Source: Promethearchaeum syntrophicum (lineage in GTDB: Archaea > Asgardarchaeota > Lokiarchaeia > Sigyniarchaeales > Promethearchaeaceae). From it: a stretch of 32,000 nucleotides of DNA. Shown here one piece after another: positions 1 to 10,005 of this stretch. The notes below the pieces were generated by a model. That model was not told the origin of the DNA. It worked only from the letters and a program-made list of their open reading frames with translations, and searched no databases. Location of the stretch: positions 3,450,001-3,482,000 of the forward strand of contig NZ_CP042905.2 in assembly GCF_008000775.2 (NCBI RefSeq), written 5' to 3'. The translations under genes and the position numbers were made by a program. How positions within the stretch are numbered: position 1 is the first letter of the stretch; each line of letters opens with the position of its first letter.

Positions 1-1051
1 ACATTACAACTTCACGACATACAGTGGCAATATCTGAACCAGAATATCCTTCAGAAATTTCCCCTAATTCTTTGAAATCGACCGTTTCATCCATCTCGAC
101 TTCTTTAGTGCAAAGTTCAAAGATTTTAGTTCGCCCTTCCACAGTAGGAAGACCACAATATATCTTTTTTTCAAACCTCCGAAGAACAGCATTATCAATA
201 TCCCATGGAAGATTGGTTGCACCCATTAAAGTCACCAATTTGTCACTAGAACTTTTAACTCCTTGCATTTCCTGTAGAAATTGCGTTTTAATTCTTCGTT
301 CTCCCCCACCTTCATGACCTCCTCCTCTTTTTCCTGCAAGACTGTCAACTTCATCCATAAAAATTAAAGAAGGAGCGTCTAAACGAGCTACTTTGAATAA
401 TGTTTTTAGTAATTTTTCTGATTCACCTAACCATTTTGAAACTAAACTAGCAGAATCGGCAGCAAAAAATTGTACTCCACATTCATTTGCAGCCGCTTTT
501 GCTATCAAAGTTTTCCCGCAACCGGGTGGACCAAATAATAGTATACCACGCCAAGGTTTTCGTGCACCTCTGAAAAGTTCGGGATGAGACATTGGTAGAA
601 CTACCGCCTCTCTAATTGCTTGTTTTGGGTTCTCCATTCCTGCAACGTCACCCCATGTGATAGTTGGACGTTCAGTTATAATGGTTCCTTCAATAGTTTT
701 TCTTAATTCCTTCTCATCATCAGACATTTCTGCATCTTCTTCAGATTCTCCTGATTCTTCACCAGTTTTATCTTTCCTATTACTTTTATTGGGAACCCGA
801 CCAGAAGGAACTTTGAGTTTCTTATTTTTAAGTTGAGTTAGCATATCTGCACGTTTAAAGTACTGAAGGGCTTTTTCTTGAGCCAGTTTTTTCAATTTGG
901 TGTTTTTACAGAATTTAGCAAATTCATTGAGTGTCTCGGTGGCATTTAAATATTTATCAGCCGCTTCATCAAATTGTTTTTGCTTATCAAGTTCAATTGC
1001 TTCATTAGCTAGTTTTATCGCAGCATTAAAGATTTTGTTATCAGAACTCAT
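1..1051 (-). CDS. vps4: Vps4/CdvC-like ESCRT AAA ATPase with N-terminal MIT domain (3' part lies beyond the left edge)
   Basis: Minus-strand reading from ATG at 1051: MSSDNKIFNAAIKLANEAIELDKQKQFDEAADKYLNATETL... (MIT-like), acidic linker, then ITWGDVAGM, GILLFGPPGCGKTLIAKAAA (Walker A), SLIFIDEVDSLAGKR (Walker B), GATNLPWDIDNAVLRRFEKRIY, ISEGYSGSDIATVCREVVM. Not in the supplied ORF track because it runs off the edge. Confidence 0.93.
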   Translation of the reverse strand, partial: MSSDNKIFNAAIKLANEAIELDKQKQFDEAADKYLNATETLNEFAKFCKNTKLKKLAQEKALQYFKRADMLTQLKNKKLKVPSGRVPNKSNRKDKTGEESGESEEDAEMSDDEKELRKTIEGTIITERPTITWGDVAGMENPKQAIREAVVLPMSHPELFRGARKPWRGILLFGPPGCGKTLIAKAAANECGVQFFAADSASLVSKWLGESEKLLKTLFKVARLDAPSLIFMDEVDSLAGKRGGGHEGGGERRIKTQFLQEMQGVKSSSDKLVTLMGATNLPWDIDNAVLRRFEKKIYCGLPTVEGRTKIFELCTKEVEMDETVDFKELGEISEGYSGSDIATVCREVVM

Positions 1052-1393
1052 TTCCAATAAAGAATAATCTTTACAAACTTTAATATTCTATTTATTTTTT
1101 AATCAATAAAAATCCCAATAAGAATGAATTAAGAATGATAATTTCAAAATTATTAAGTTTAACCTTCATGATCCTTTGCTTTGCATTGAAAAATTCATGA
1201 ATATCTGCATATTTTTAGCCTCGATTTCAGTTTTCTTAATATATTTAAGAGGTCATTGCCAATAAATATGAATCTACTCAATTCCAGTGTACGAACGCCA
1301 GAGAACGAATCAAATATACTTTAAAAAATAAAGTACTAAAAAATGCAAAGCTATTAATAGATTAAAGTTCTTAAAATAATAAAGGTTATAAAA

Positions 1394-2047
1394 ATGGATA
1401 AACATAATTTTACAGCTGAATCAGTTGATTTGAAAAAAATCGAAAAAAACGCATTTTTAATCTATTTTCAAGATGGAATTTGGGATATGTTGCTTGGATG
1501 GGTGCTTATTTCTTTTGGAATAGCGGCATTACTTTATGATATCCTTCCAATACCGCTGAACTCCTTATTCGGTATGATTTTATTCACCTTTGGTCTAATA
1601 ATGTATTTTCTGATAAAATTCCGAATTATAATGCCAAGAATCGGTTATGTTAAATTCTCTCCTAGCCGAAAAAAGAATACGTTAATTTTAGGAGTAGCAA
1701 TAACCTCCTTCCTCATTATAACAGTTGTGTTTTCAATTTTGGTATGGACCGGAGTAATAAGTTCAACTGTAACCCCTGGAACCAATATGGCTTTAGTCTT
1801 TGCACTGATACCGCTTATTATTTTTAGTGTATTGTCTTTTATCCTAAAATTTCCTAGAATGTTTTTAATTGGTGTCTTTTTTGCTTTAGCAATGTTCTTT
1901 ACGGAATATTGGAACCGTTCTGGAGAAGATCTATTAGGGTCTTTAGCTCAATTTTTCGCAGGAATTCCGGTTTTTTTATGGGGAATCGTGTATTTCATCA
2001 TATTTCTAAGAAAATATCCCCTCCCTGGTGAAGCAAATGACAACTAA
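1394..2047 (+). CDS. hypothetical multi-pass membrane protein
   Basis: 217 aa ORF, ATG start, several hydrophobic helices; overlaps the following HTH gene by a few nt. Confidence 0.75.
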   Translation: MDKHNFTAESVDLKKIEKNAFLIYFQDGIWDMLLGWVLISFGIAALLYDILPIPLNSLFGMILFTFGLIMYFLIKFRIIMPRIGYVKFSPSRKKNTLILGVAITSFLIITVVFSILVWTGVISSTVTPGTNMALVFALIPLIIFSVLSFILKFPRMFLIGVFFALAMFFTEYWNRSGEDLLGSLAQFFAGIPVFLWGIVYFIIFLRKYPLPGEANDN

Positions 2048-2363
2048 AAATTCAGATATTAAAGAGAAAATGGATAAAATCGGCGGTATTGATAAAATAA
2101 TTCATAGTACTGGTCGTTTGAAAATAATTTCATTGTTATATGGAATAGAAGAAGCAGATTTTGTTTTTATTCGAGGTCAAACAGGACTTACATGGGGCAA
2201 TCTTTCGGTTCAAGCTACAAAACTAGAAGAATCTGGATATATAAAAATTGAAAAAAAATATAAACGTAAAAAACCACTAACTATTGCTAGCTTAACCAAA
2301 GAGGGAAGGTTGGCTTTTGAAAAATATCGTAAACAAATGCAAGATGTGTTAAATCAAGATTAA
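2037..2363 (+). CDS. winged-helix DNA-binding protein (MarR/HTH_34-like transcriptional regulator)
   Basis: GRLKIISLLYGIEEADFVFIRGQTGLTWGNLSVQATKLEESGYIKIEKKYKRKKPLTIASLTKEGRLAFEKY matches the winged-helix pattern. Start ATGACAACTAAA at 2037 overlaps the upstream stop; the track start is 2028. Confidence 0.85.
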   Translation: MTTKNSDIKEKMDKIGGIDKIIHSTGRLKIISLLYGIEEADFVFIRGQTGLTWGNLSVQATKLEESGYIKIEKKYKRKKPLTIASLTKEGRLAFEKYRKQMQDVLNQD

Positions 2364-2438
2364 ATTTATCAATGAATTTTTTTTTTTATTTAATATATCC
2401 TTCCATAATAATTTATTCCATGACTCTAAATTGGATTT

Positions 2439-2822
2439 ATGAACAACATAGAAATTCCAAATATTGTATATATAGTAAAAAATTATATTGATGGTGTTTG
2501 TCAGCTCAATTTTGAATTAGTAAAACAAGCTTGGATAGAAGATGGACATAGGTGGATCATTGATTCTGAAACTGATTTACCCCACAAAATGTTGAGTCCA
2601 TCCCATAAGAAAGTAATTAAAACAGTGCCAACTACAATAGATGGAACCCAAACGGTTCAAATTCAAAGTATTGATTATTCAGGGAATGCTGCTATGGCAA
2701 AGATTGAATGGAAAATCAACTTCCCAGACTGGAAAGGGATTGAAATTAACTATTTACTCCTACTTAAGGGTAAAAATGGCTGGAAAATTGTAAGTAAAAA
2801 TGCGTTTCGTGAAAAATTGTAG
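2439..2822 (+). CDS. NTF2/SnoaL-like (putative lumazine-binding type) small protein
   Basis: 127 aa; VKNYIDGVCQLNFELVKQAW...KIEWKINFPDWKGIEINYLLLLKGKNGWKIVSKNAF resembles the SnoaL/lumazine-binding-like fold. Confidence 0.6.
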   Translation: MNNIEIPNIVYIVKNYIDGVCQLNFELVKQAWIEDGHRWIIDSETDLPHKMLSPSHKKVIKTVPTTIDGTQTVQIQSIDYSGNAAMAKIEWKINFPDWKGIEINYLLLLKGKNGWKIVSKNAFREKL

Positions 2823-2825
2823 AAT

Positions 2826-3155
2826 TCATAAACGTCGCGCCTTTTTAAGACGTGCTCTCCGGAGATCCCGTTCTTTTATCCATTTTTTTCCGCATTTAGA
2901 ACAATAAAGACCAAACAGAATTTGTTCTCCTTCGGAAAAAATCTTGGCACATTTCACACAAATACTCTTAAATTTATACCAATATACCAGTTTAACATCA
3001 ATTTGCATTTCTTTTTCTTTCTTTGGCCCACATTTAGAACAGTAAAGACCAGATAAAATTCTTTCGTTCTCACAAAAGGTCTCCCCACAACCTATGCAAA
3101 ATGATTTATTATATGTACTCCACTTAGGTTTCGCATTTTTTCTAAAAATTGTCAT
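2826..3155 (-). CDS. small Cys-rich double zinc-ribbon protein
   Basis: 109 aa with CIGCGETFCENERILSGLYCSKCG and CVKCAKIFSEGEQILFGLYCSKCG; paired CxxC knuckles repeated twice. Confidence 0.65.
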   Translation of the reverse strand: MTIFRKNAKPKWSTYNKSFCIGCGETFCENERILSGLYCSKCGPKKEKEMQIDVKLVYWYKFKSICVKCAKIFSEGEQILFGLYCSKCGKKWIKERDLRRARLKKARRL

Positions 3156-3227
3156 ATTTCCATATTCCTTCCGACCATAACATCAAATATAATAAAATAT
3201 AAATTAAGTAACATACATCGCCATTAA

Positions 3228-4016
3228 TTAAGTTGGATTATTTTGATCCTTATGTCGATATCTATTTAAGAATGGAATTTTAATTATTTCCTCATGATAT
3301 ATATGACCCGAATTCCTTCTATAATGAAATCCTGTCTGAATTACCCATATTATCGTAAAAATTACGCCTAACCATTCAAAATACCGTACACCATCTAGTT
3401 TAGGGTCCATGGATCCCATCATAATCACCCAATCATCTAATGTCAATTCCAATAAAGGATACATGTAAAATATTGTTCTGAAATACCATGGAAAAAAGAT
3501 AATTGAGATTACTAAAAGATTAGTTGTGCATATCCATTGGAAAGTCGAAATTTTTCCTTCAAGTTCCATTACGATAGTTAAAAGCAACGTCATTGATACT
3601 GTTGAAAAAAAGAATATTGCTGCGGAAATATCATGAATCAAAGCTGCTGCTTCCATGTCATAGAATAAAACAATCATGAATGAAATAAAGGATATTAAGG
3701 TAAAGATAAAACTACCAACAAATATTGTATTAGTTAGTTTAGATTCACTCCATAACCATAATTTTAAGGCGTAAACAAAAGGAATCATTAATGCAATTGT
3801 AATTCCTATTCCAATGCCAAAAACTATCCCAGATCCATGTGGACCGACACCTAAATTGCTTATATAATGGGTAAAAACACTAATAGGTTCACCTAACGAA
3901 TATAAAATGAATGATAGAATGAAAGTACATGTGCCAATAATTCCTGAAGCTAAAGCAAAGTATTCTGCAGGGATAATTTTAAATAACCCGGTAAAAAATT
4001 GATCAATGAGTCCCAC
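3228..4016 (-). CDS. DUF998-like multi-pass membrane protein
   Basis: 262 aa, GTG start, about 6 hydrophobic segments; motif SHYISNLGVGPHGSGIVFGIGIGI resembles the DUF998 'S-LG' region. Confidence 0.6.
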   Translation of the reverse strand: MGLIDQFFTGLFKIIPAEYFALASGIIGTCTFILSFILYSLGEPISVFTHYISNLGVGPHGSGIVFGIGIGITIALMIPFVYALKLWLWSESKLTNTIFVGSFIFTLISFISFMIVLFYDMEAAALIHDISAAIFFFSTVSMTLLLTIVMELEGKISTFQWICTTNLLVISIIFFPWYFRTIFYMYPLLELTLDDWVIMMGSMDPKLDGVRYFEWLGVIFTIIWVIQTGFHYRRNSGHIYHEEIIKIPFLNRYRHKDQNNPT

Positions 4017-4441
4017 GATTGAGAGTTTTTCTACATTCTCATCAATTGGAACAGTAATAACCTCATTTTTGTTGGACTCATTTAAATCGCTCTTTTTCTC
4101 TTCTATATGATTTGTACGTTTGTTATTTTTACGAAAAAATTTTGGTTTATTTCGTTTAGTTTTTGTTTGAATTTAGTTTCACCAGAAACAATTTTTTTCT
4201 TTAATATCTTGATGGAAATAAACCATTTTAAATCCTCATTATTTAATTTGTCAGAAAATAGAATCTATTTTGTAATCTCTTTTGGAAAGATTCTATGTTT
4301 TTTATAAATAAGGCATGTTTTTATAAGCGCAATGATGGCGGAGAAATTTTCCACGATTCTTAAATACCCAAATAATTTTTAGTAATATAACAAAGAAAAT
4401 TTTTTTGTTAGTGTCTAAGTCCTATTGGGGGAGAATTAAAT

Positions 4442-4699
4442 TTGGCAATTCAAATGGAATCAATAATGAAAAATAATATAATGAACCGAAAAAAGAAGTT
4501 GGATAAATCTTCAGCTAAAATCAATAACCATTTTGTTTACAAGGAAAGTTTAAACTTTAATTTCTTGTATCACTTGTTTTCTCAAACGCTTGAGCATTTA
4601 TTTAATAATATTGAGAAAATTTCAGAAAAAGATTTTAATAAAAAAATGGAAATGCTTGATGAAACGGTTTCAAGACTTCAAAATTATGTAATCGAGTAG
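4442..4699 (+). CDS. hypothetical small protein
   Basis: 85 aa ORF (TTG start; internal ATG at 4454), charged/helical; no family recognised. Confidence 0.35.
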   Translation: MAIQMESIMKNNIMNRKKKLDKSSAKINNHFVYKESLNFNFLYHLFSQTLEHLFNNIEKISEKDFNKKMEMLDETVSRLQNYVIE

Positions 4700-4749
4700 T
4701 AGGTATTTTTTCAATTTCTTTTTTTAGCTTCTTATTGTTCATTTTTTTT

Positions 4750-7251
4750 TCATATTGGAATTTTTAATTTTTCATCCTTAATTGGGGATTCTGTTATAAT
4801 TTCAGTATTAAAATATTTCTTTATCATCTCATGCAACGGGAAATCTAAAGGTTTTCCTTTGAATTCTTTGATTTTTTCTCCAAAATCAAACTGAATTTCA
4901 TCTTTAAGTTTTAAAATCCCTTTTTCTATCCATCTAGGATTATCTTTCATAAATAGAATTAACCAAAAAGGATTTCCATGAATTATATTTACATATCCTC
5001 CTTCAATTTCAATGGTTCTTAATCGAGAGCCAGTAATTTCTTTAATTAATGATAGAATTCCAATAAATGCTCCAGAAACTAATGCAGAGTCTGAATGTTT
5101 CATTTTATATGATATTTTTTCTGCGAGTGGAGCACCATTATCATGTAGAATCATCAAACCTAACAAGGATCTTTTTACTTTTTCTCTTGTAACAAAATAA
5201 CCTCCCACTATACTGCTAACTAAACCAATAAAAATAGGAAGTGTTATTAACCAAAAAATGGAATTTTTTACTTCAATTGCTTGATCTAGAGTCAAAATAC
5301 CAGTATAATATTCACTTATCACCTCAATAACAATATCATAACTACCTTCTTCAATATCTGAAGGTGTTTTCCAAGAAAATGATTCTTCTTGATTGATTCC
5401 TTCTAATATTTCATGATAAACCAAATCAACATTTGAACGTATTCCAGTATGAAAAACTCTAATTTGAATATCTACGGGTCTGAGTAAATAAGATTGATTT
5501 CCAATGTCTTTTAAATTTAATTCAAATTCAATGGTATTCCCGGGAGGTATTGTAGTTCTGCTCTTACTTAACTCCATTGTGACAATTCTTGGATTAATAA
5601 TAATCGGAACTTCAGAGTAAACTATTCCATAGTTTTCTTTTTCCGCTTGTATTGAAATTGAATAATTTCCGGGAAATATACTAAATTGACTTAAATCAAT
5701 AGAATGGGAGTAATTTCCTTTAGTATCCATATCCATTACACCAGAAAGATCCCCAAAATTATATGAGATTAATCCATCAGAAATTGGTAATTGAGAATGA
5801 AAATCTCTATAAAAACAAGAAAATGAAAAATTATCCAACGCATAACCATAGATTGGATCTGAAATTATTTCAGAAACCCTGTTTATGCTAATATTCCTTG
5901 AGTAATATCCAATTTCATTAGATCCATTGAAGAAAATCTCAACATTTAGGGAATTTGTATCAATAAGCGGATCTAAATGCCATTGAAAACTTTGATATGA
6001 AACATTGTAACTTGAATTTTGATAAACAAGTGTCTCATTATCCCATAGGAATAAATAGATGTCACCATTTCCTTTTGTAGAAACATTGACTGTAGTCGTT
6101 GTTCCAACTAGCAAAATATCTTTTAAATTAACAGAATCTATGTAATTTTCACTTATTAATAATATGTGTGTTGCTTCCGCTGTAAAGCTAATAACTTCTG
6201 GGGATATTGAAGAATATCCTACAATACTTGATTGATTATGAACTTCGATAAAAATGTAATCATCTTTAATTCCAGAAACATTAATTCTGTAATTTGAATA
6301 AGGGGAACTAAAATACCCAGAATTTATGGTCAAATTCCATTCAATTTCAATTAAATCTTGTTGAATTTGAGTATAGTATTGTATGGAACAATTTCTATAA
6401 AAAATACTTGCCAAAGAATAAAAAAAACTTATGGATTCATTTGAGTTAATAGTTAATATGGTGTTAGTTGAACTTATTTCATCAGTAATCCTTACAAACC
6501 CTTTTCCAATACCGGTGTTAAGAACTGGAATGCCATTTACATTCATTTCTACATCCTCAGGATTAATTATTTCAGAAGTTCTAACTTTCAAAGTTAAATC
6601 ATAGTTTGCAGGTTGCCAGCTTGTTGTAAACTCCCAAGTTTCTGTGTTATTATCTGAACTTTTTTCCCAAGAACTATCAGCCGGTAGAATTTTTTCAATC
6701 CAGAGAAAATAAGTCCCAGGAGTTAGAATTATATGTTCAGAAAATGTGATATTTATCCATACACCGCTATCACTTGCTCCTGAAATGAATAATGGAGTAA
6801 AAGCATAAATTAATTCACCACTATAAGAATTATTTCTAATTTCCATATGAGGATAAATTTCAGCCTTTGTATATAATGATATTGAAAATCCAATCAAATT
6901 TACAGTTTTACCAATAATAAAGGATTGAGCTTGTTGGTTTCGAGAATAGGTCAAAGGAGCATCTTCAATAATATCTAATGTTTCATTTATAACATTGAAA
7001 GCAATATCAGCACTAAACGAATCATATTCAATAGGTGTTTCAAAAGACAATTCTTCTGAATTCGGTTCAACATTGGAATAACTTCGATTTATCGTTTCGG
7101 ATGAGTTGAATTGAATTATTGATGATGGAAGGTCTTGTGATTTTGGAGTAAAAAAATTATTTTGAGAAAGGTTTTCTTCATCAAATTTGGACTGATTTTT
7201 AAAAAAAAATTTAGAATTTTCAAAATTTTTTGGATAAAGTAATGGTAACAA
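4750..7251 (-). CDS. large surface protein: extracellular beta-rich region, C-terminal TM helix, cytoplasmic roadblock/longin-like domain
   Basis: TM helix IFWLITLPIFIGLVSSIVGGYFV followed by KRSLLGLMILHDNGAPLAEKISYK...DSALVSGAFIGILSLIKEITGSRLRTIEIEGGYVNIIHGNPFWLILFMKDNPRWIEKGILKLKDEIQ. Reading frame is open upstream to about 7293-7302 and encodes a hydrophobic signal-like segment. Confidence 0.8.
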   Translation of the reverse strand: MLPLLYPKNFENSKFFFKNQSKFDEENLSQNNFFTPKSQDLPSSIIQFNSSETINRSYSNVEPNSEELSFETPIEYDSFSADIAFNVINETLDIIEDAPLTYSRNQQAQSFIIGKTVNLIGFSISLYTKAEIYPHMEIRNNSYSGELIYAFTPLFISGASDSGVWINITFSEHIILTPGTYFLWIEKILPADSSWEKSSDNNTETWEFTTSWQPANYDLTLKVRTSEIINPEDVEMNVNGIPVLNTGIGKGFVRITDEISSTNTILTINSNESISFFYSLASIFYRNCSIQYYTQIQQDLIEIEWNLTINSGYFSSPYSNYRINVSGIKDDYIFIEVHNQSSIVGYSSISPEVISFTAEATHILLISENYIDSVNLKDILLVGTTTTVNVSTKGNGDIYLFLWDNETLVYQNSSYNVSYQSFQWHLDPLIDTNSLNVEIFFNGSNEIGYYSRNISINRVSEIISDPIYGYALDNFSFSCFYRDFHSQLPISDGLISYNFGDLSGVMDMDTKGNYSHSIDLSQFSIFPGNYSISIQAEKENYGIVYSEVPIIINPRIVTMELSKSRTTIPPGNTIEFELNLKDIGNQSYLLRPVDIQIRVFHTGIRSNVDLVYHEILEGINQEESFSWKTPSDIEEGSYDIVIEVISEYYTGILTLDQAIEVKNSIFWLITLPIFIGLVSSIVGGYFVTREKVKRSLLGLMILHDNGAPLAEKISYKMKHSDSALVSGAFIGILSLIKEITGSRLRTIEIEGGYVNIIHGNPFWLILFMKDNPRWIEKGILKLKDEIQFDFGEKIKEFKGKPLDFPLHEMIKKYFNTEIITESPIKDEKLKIPI

Positions 7252-7339
7252 TCCAATAATTATTATTAAGAAAGCAATTTTTTTTTTTTGGATGAAAATT
7301 ACCTCTATTGTATTATTTATTATAATAATGCAAAATAAG

Positions 7340-7360
7340 GTAAAAAAGTTGCTTTTTTGT
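7340..7360. promoter_or_regulatory. shared intergenic motif, copy 1 (partial inverted repeat)
   Basis: gtaaaaaagttgcttttttgt; near-identical to 10006-10025; contains AAAAAG-CAA-CTTTTT on the minus strand. Confidence 0.5.
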
Positions 7361-7413
7361 ATGTTTAAAAAAAAAAATTCTGGATTATTTATTCATCAGT
7401 GGGAATTAAAAAT

Positions 7414-9957
7414 TCAAGAAGGATTCTCCATTGGTAATTCTTCTTCATTAACAGTTTCAGTTATTATTTGAGTGTTAAAATACGCCTTAATCCAATCTTC
7501 TATTGAGATTTCCAAAAGTTCCCCGTTAAAATTTTCGATTTTTTTTCCATATTTTAACTCTATTTCATCTTTAAGTTTTAAAATATCCTTTTCTATCCAT
7601 CTCGGATTATCCTTTAGAAAAATTACTAACCAAAATGATTTTCCATGTATTAAATTTACATAACCACCCTCAATTTCAATGGTTCTTAGTTGAGAGCCTG
7701 TTATTTCTTTTATTAATGATAATATCCCTGTAAATGCACAAGAAATTAAAGCAACATCTGATTTTCGCAGTTTAGGTGACATTTTTTCTGCTAATGGAGC
7801 ACCGTTATCATGTAGGATTATTAAACCTAATAACGATTTTTTTACTTTGTTTTTTTTTATATAATAACCAACAACAGAACTACTGACTAAACCAATAAAG
7901 ATAGGTATTAATATTATCCAAAAAGTGGAGGATTTGATATTAATTGCTTGATTTACGTAGAGAAAACCAGTGTAATATTCATTTATTACCTCAACAACGA
8001 CATCATAACTACCTTCTTCAAGATCTAAAGGTATGTCCCATAAAAAAGATTCTTTATTATTTATACCTCCTAATCTTTCATTATAAACTAAATTACTGCT
8101 TGAATTTGTTCCGGAATATAATATTTTGATTTGAAGATCTACGGGTCTAAGTAAATATTGTTGATTTCCAATGTCTTTTAGATTGATTTCAAAATCAAGG
8201 GTATTTCCGGGAGCTATTGTTGTCCTACTCTTACTTAACTCAATTGTTGCGACTCTAGGACTAATTATTATTGGAATTTCAGAGTAAGTTAATCCATAAT
8301 ATTCTTTTTCAGCTGTTAATGATATTGAATACTCTCCCGGTAAGATTCCATAATGATTTAAATCGAGAATATCAGAATAATTACCATGTATATCCATTTC
8401 CATTACACCTAAAAGATCCCCAAATTCATATGTGATAAATCCGTCAGGAATAAGTATTTGATTATAATGATCACAATATTGACATGAAAAAGAAAAATTA
8501 TCTAAAGTATAAACATGTAATGGGGCTGAAATTATTTCAGAAACCCTGAAAATACTAATATCCTCTGAATAATAACCAATTTGGTTAGTGCCATTGAAAA
8601 AAATATTAATAGTAAGGGAATTTAAATCTAAGGATGGATTTATATACCATTGAAAATTCTTATAAGAAACATTATAAATCGAATTCTGATATAAAAGGGA
8701 TTCATTATTCCAAATAAAAGCATAAATGTCACCAATGCTTTTAGTAGAGACATTTATTGTAAGATTGGTTCCATATTGAAGGTTATTACTGAGATTAACG
8801 TCATTAATATAATTTTGACTTTTAAGATTAATATGACTAGCTTCGGTCAAAAATCCGATAATTTCTGAAGAAATTAATGAGTAACCTATAACTTCTGTTT
8901 GATTATAAACTTGAATATCATAGTAATCATCTTTTATACCTGAGATATTAATTTTATAATCAAAGTAGGGATACTCAAGAAAACCAGAATCAATTATCAA
9001 ATTCCATTCAACCCATTCTTGTTGAAATTGAGATTCATGTTGAATCAGAGAATTTTTATAATAAAAATTTTCAGATGAGTAAAAAAAATTTATGTTTTCA
9101 TCTGAGCTTACGGTTAAATTAATGTTAGAAGAAATAATATCTCCTAAAATCTTTACTGATCCTTGTCCTGGATATGTATCAATAACAGTAACTTCATTTA
9201 TTTTCATATTCACATCTTCTGGATTTATTAATTCTGAAGTAAAAATTTTCAAAGTCAAATCATAATTTGCAGTTTGCCAGAAAAAGCCTGTAAATTCCCA
9301 TGTCTCTGTGTCATTTTCTGAGAAAAGACTTTTTTCCCAACAACTATATTGGGACCCAACTTCTTGCATCCAGAGAAAATATATCCCAGGAGTTAAAATA
9401 ATCTGGTCAGAAAATGTAATATTTATCCATCCACCTGAGTTAATGAAAGGAGTAAATGAAATAATTGAATCCCCACTATAAGACTGATTTCTTATTTCCA
9501 TATTCACATAAATTTCATTTTTTTCAAAAATCTGTATTGAAAATCCAAGTAAATATACATGATCAATAATAATAAATGATTGTGCTTGCTGAGATCGAGA
9601 TTCTCCTCCCAAATCAGAACTTTCAACTATTGTAGTATTTATAGTTCCATTCATAACGTGAAAATCAATATTAGATTCATAATTATCATATGATTCGGGG
9701 GTTTCCATTAATAAATCAGATGAAATTAGCTCGGTATTAGATTGATTTCGATTTATTCTTTCGGATGAATTGAATTGGATTTTTGATGATGGAAGGTCTT
9801 GTGTTTTAGGTACAACAAGATTATCTTGAGAAAGGTTTCTCTCATTAAAATAAATCTGGTTGTGAGAAATATGCGTCGTATTTTCAATTTTTAAAGGAAT
9901 AAGAGATGATAATGATCCAAATATCAAGATTAATATCACGATTTTGTTTTTTTTCAT
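7414..9957 (-). CDS. paralogue of 4750..7251: secreted/TM protein with cytoplasmic roadblock/longin-like domain
   Basis: Same architecture; signal peptide MKKNKIVILILIFGSLSSLIPL starting at 9957 (track start is 10059); C-terminal TM STFWIILIPIFIGLVSSSVVGYYI then KKSLLGLIILHDNGAPLAEKMSPKLRKSDVALISCAFTGILSLIKEITGSQLRTIEIEGGYVNLIHG. Confidence 0.82.
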   Translation of the reverse strand: MKKNKIVILILIFGSLSSLIPLKIENTTHISHNQIYFNERNLSQDNLVVPKTQDLPSSKIQFNSSERINRNQSNTELISSDLLMETPESYDNYESNIDFHVMNGTINTTIVESSDLGGESRSQQAQSFIIIDHVYLLGFSIQIFEKNEIYVNMEIRNQSYSGDSIISFTPFINSGGWINITFSDQIILTPGIYFLWMQEVGSQYSCWEKSLFSENDTETWEFTGFFWQTANYDLTLKIFTSELINPEDVNMKINEVTVIDTYPGQGSVKILGDIISSNINLTVSSDENINFFYSSENFYYKNSLIQHESQFQQEWVEWNLIIDSGFLEYPYFDYKINISGIKDDYYDIQVYNQTEVIGYSLISSEIIGFLTEASHINLKSQNYINDVNLSNNLQYGTNLTINVSTKSIGDIYAFIWNNESLLYQNSIYNVSYKNFQWYINPSLDLNSLTINIFFNGTNQIGYYSEDISIFRVSEIISAPLHVYTLDNFSFSCQYCDHYNQILIPDGFITYEFGDLLGVMEMDIHGNYSDILDLNHYGILPGEYSISLTAEKEYYGLTYSEIPIIISPRVATIELSKSRTTIAPGNTLDFEINLKDIGNQQYLLRPVDLQIKILYSGTNSSSNLVYNERLGGINNKESFLWDIPLDLEEGSYDVVVEVINEYYTGFLYVNQAINIKSSTFWIILIPIFIGLVSSSVVGYYIKKNKVKKSLLGLIILHDNGAPLAEKMSPKLRKSDVALISCAFTGILSLIKEITGSQLRTIEIEGGYVNLIHGKSFWLVIFLKDNPRWIEKDILKLKDEIELKYGKKIENFNGELLEISIEDWIKAYFNTQIITETVNEEELPMENPS

Positions 9958-10005
9958 GTTGAAAATGCACATTTTGGTTTGTTTATTAGTGTAGTATAAA
10001 ACATC

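Noticed and set aside
393-587. Plus-strand ORFs at 24-317 and 393-587
   Set aside because: Antisense to the Vps4 AAA domain, which is open on the minus strand across the region.
4107-4307. 66-aa Phe/Leu-rich ORF
   Set aside because: Pure AT-rich composition with no start context or motif; most likely non-coding.
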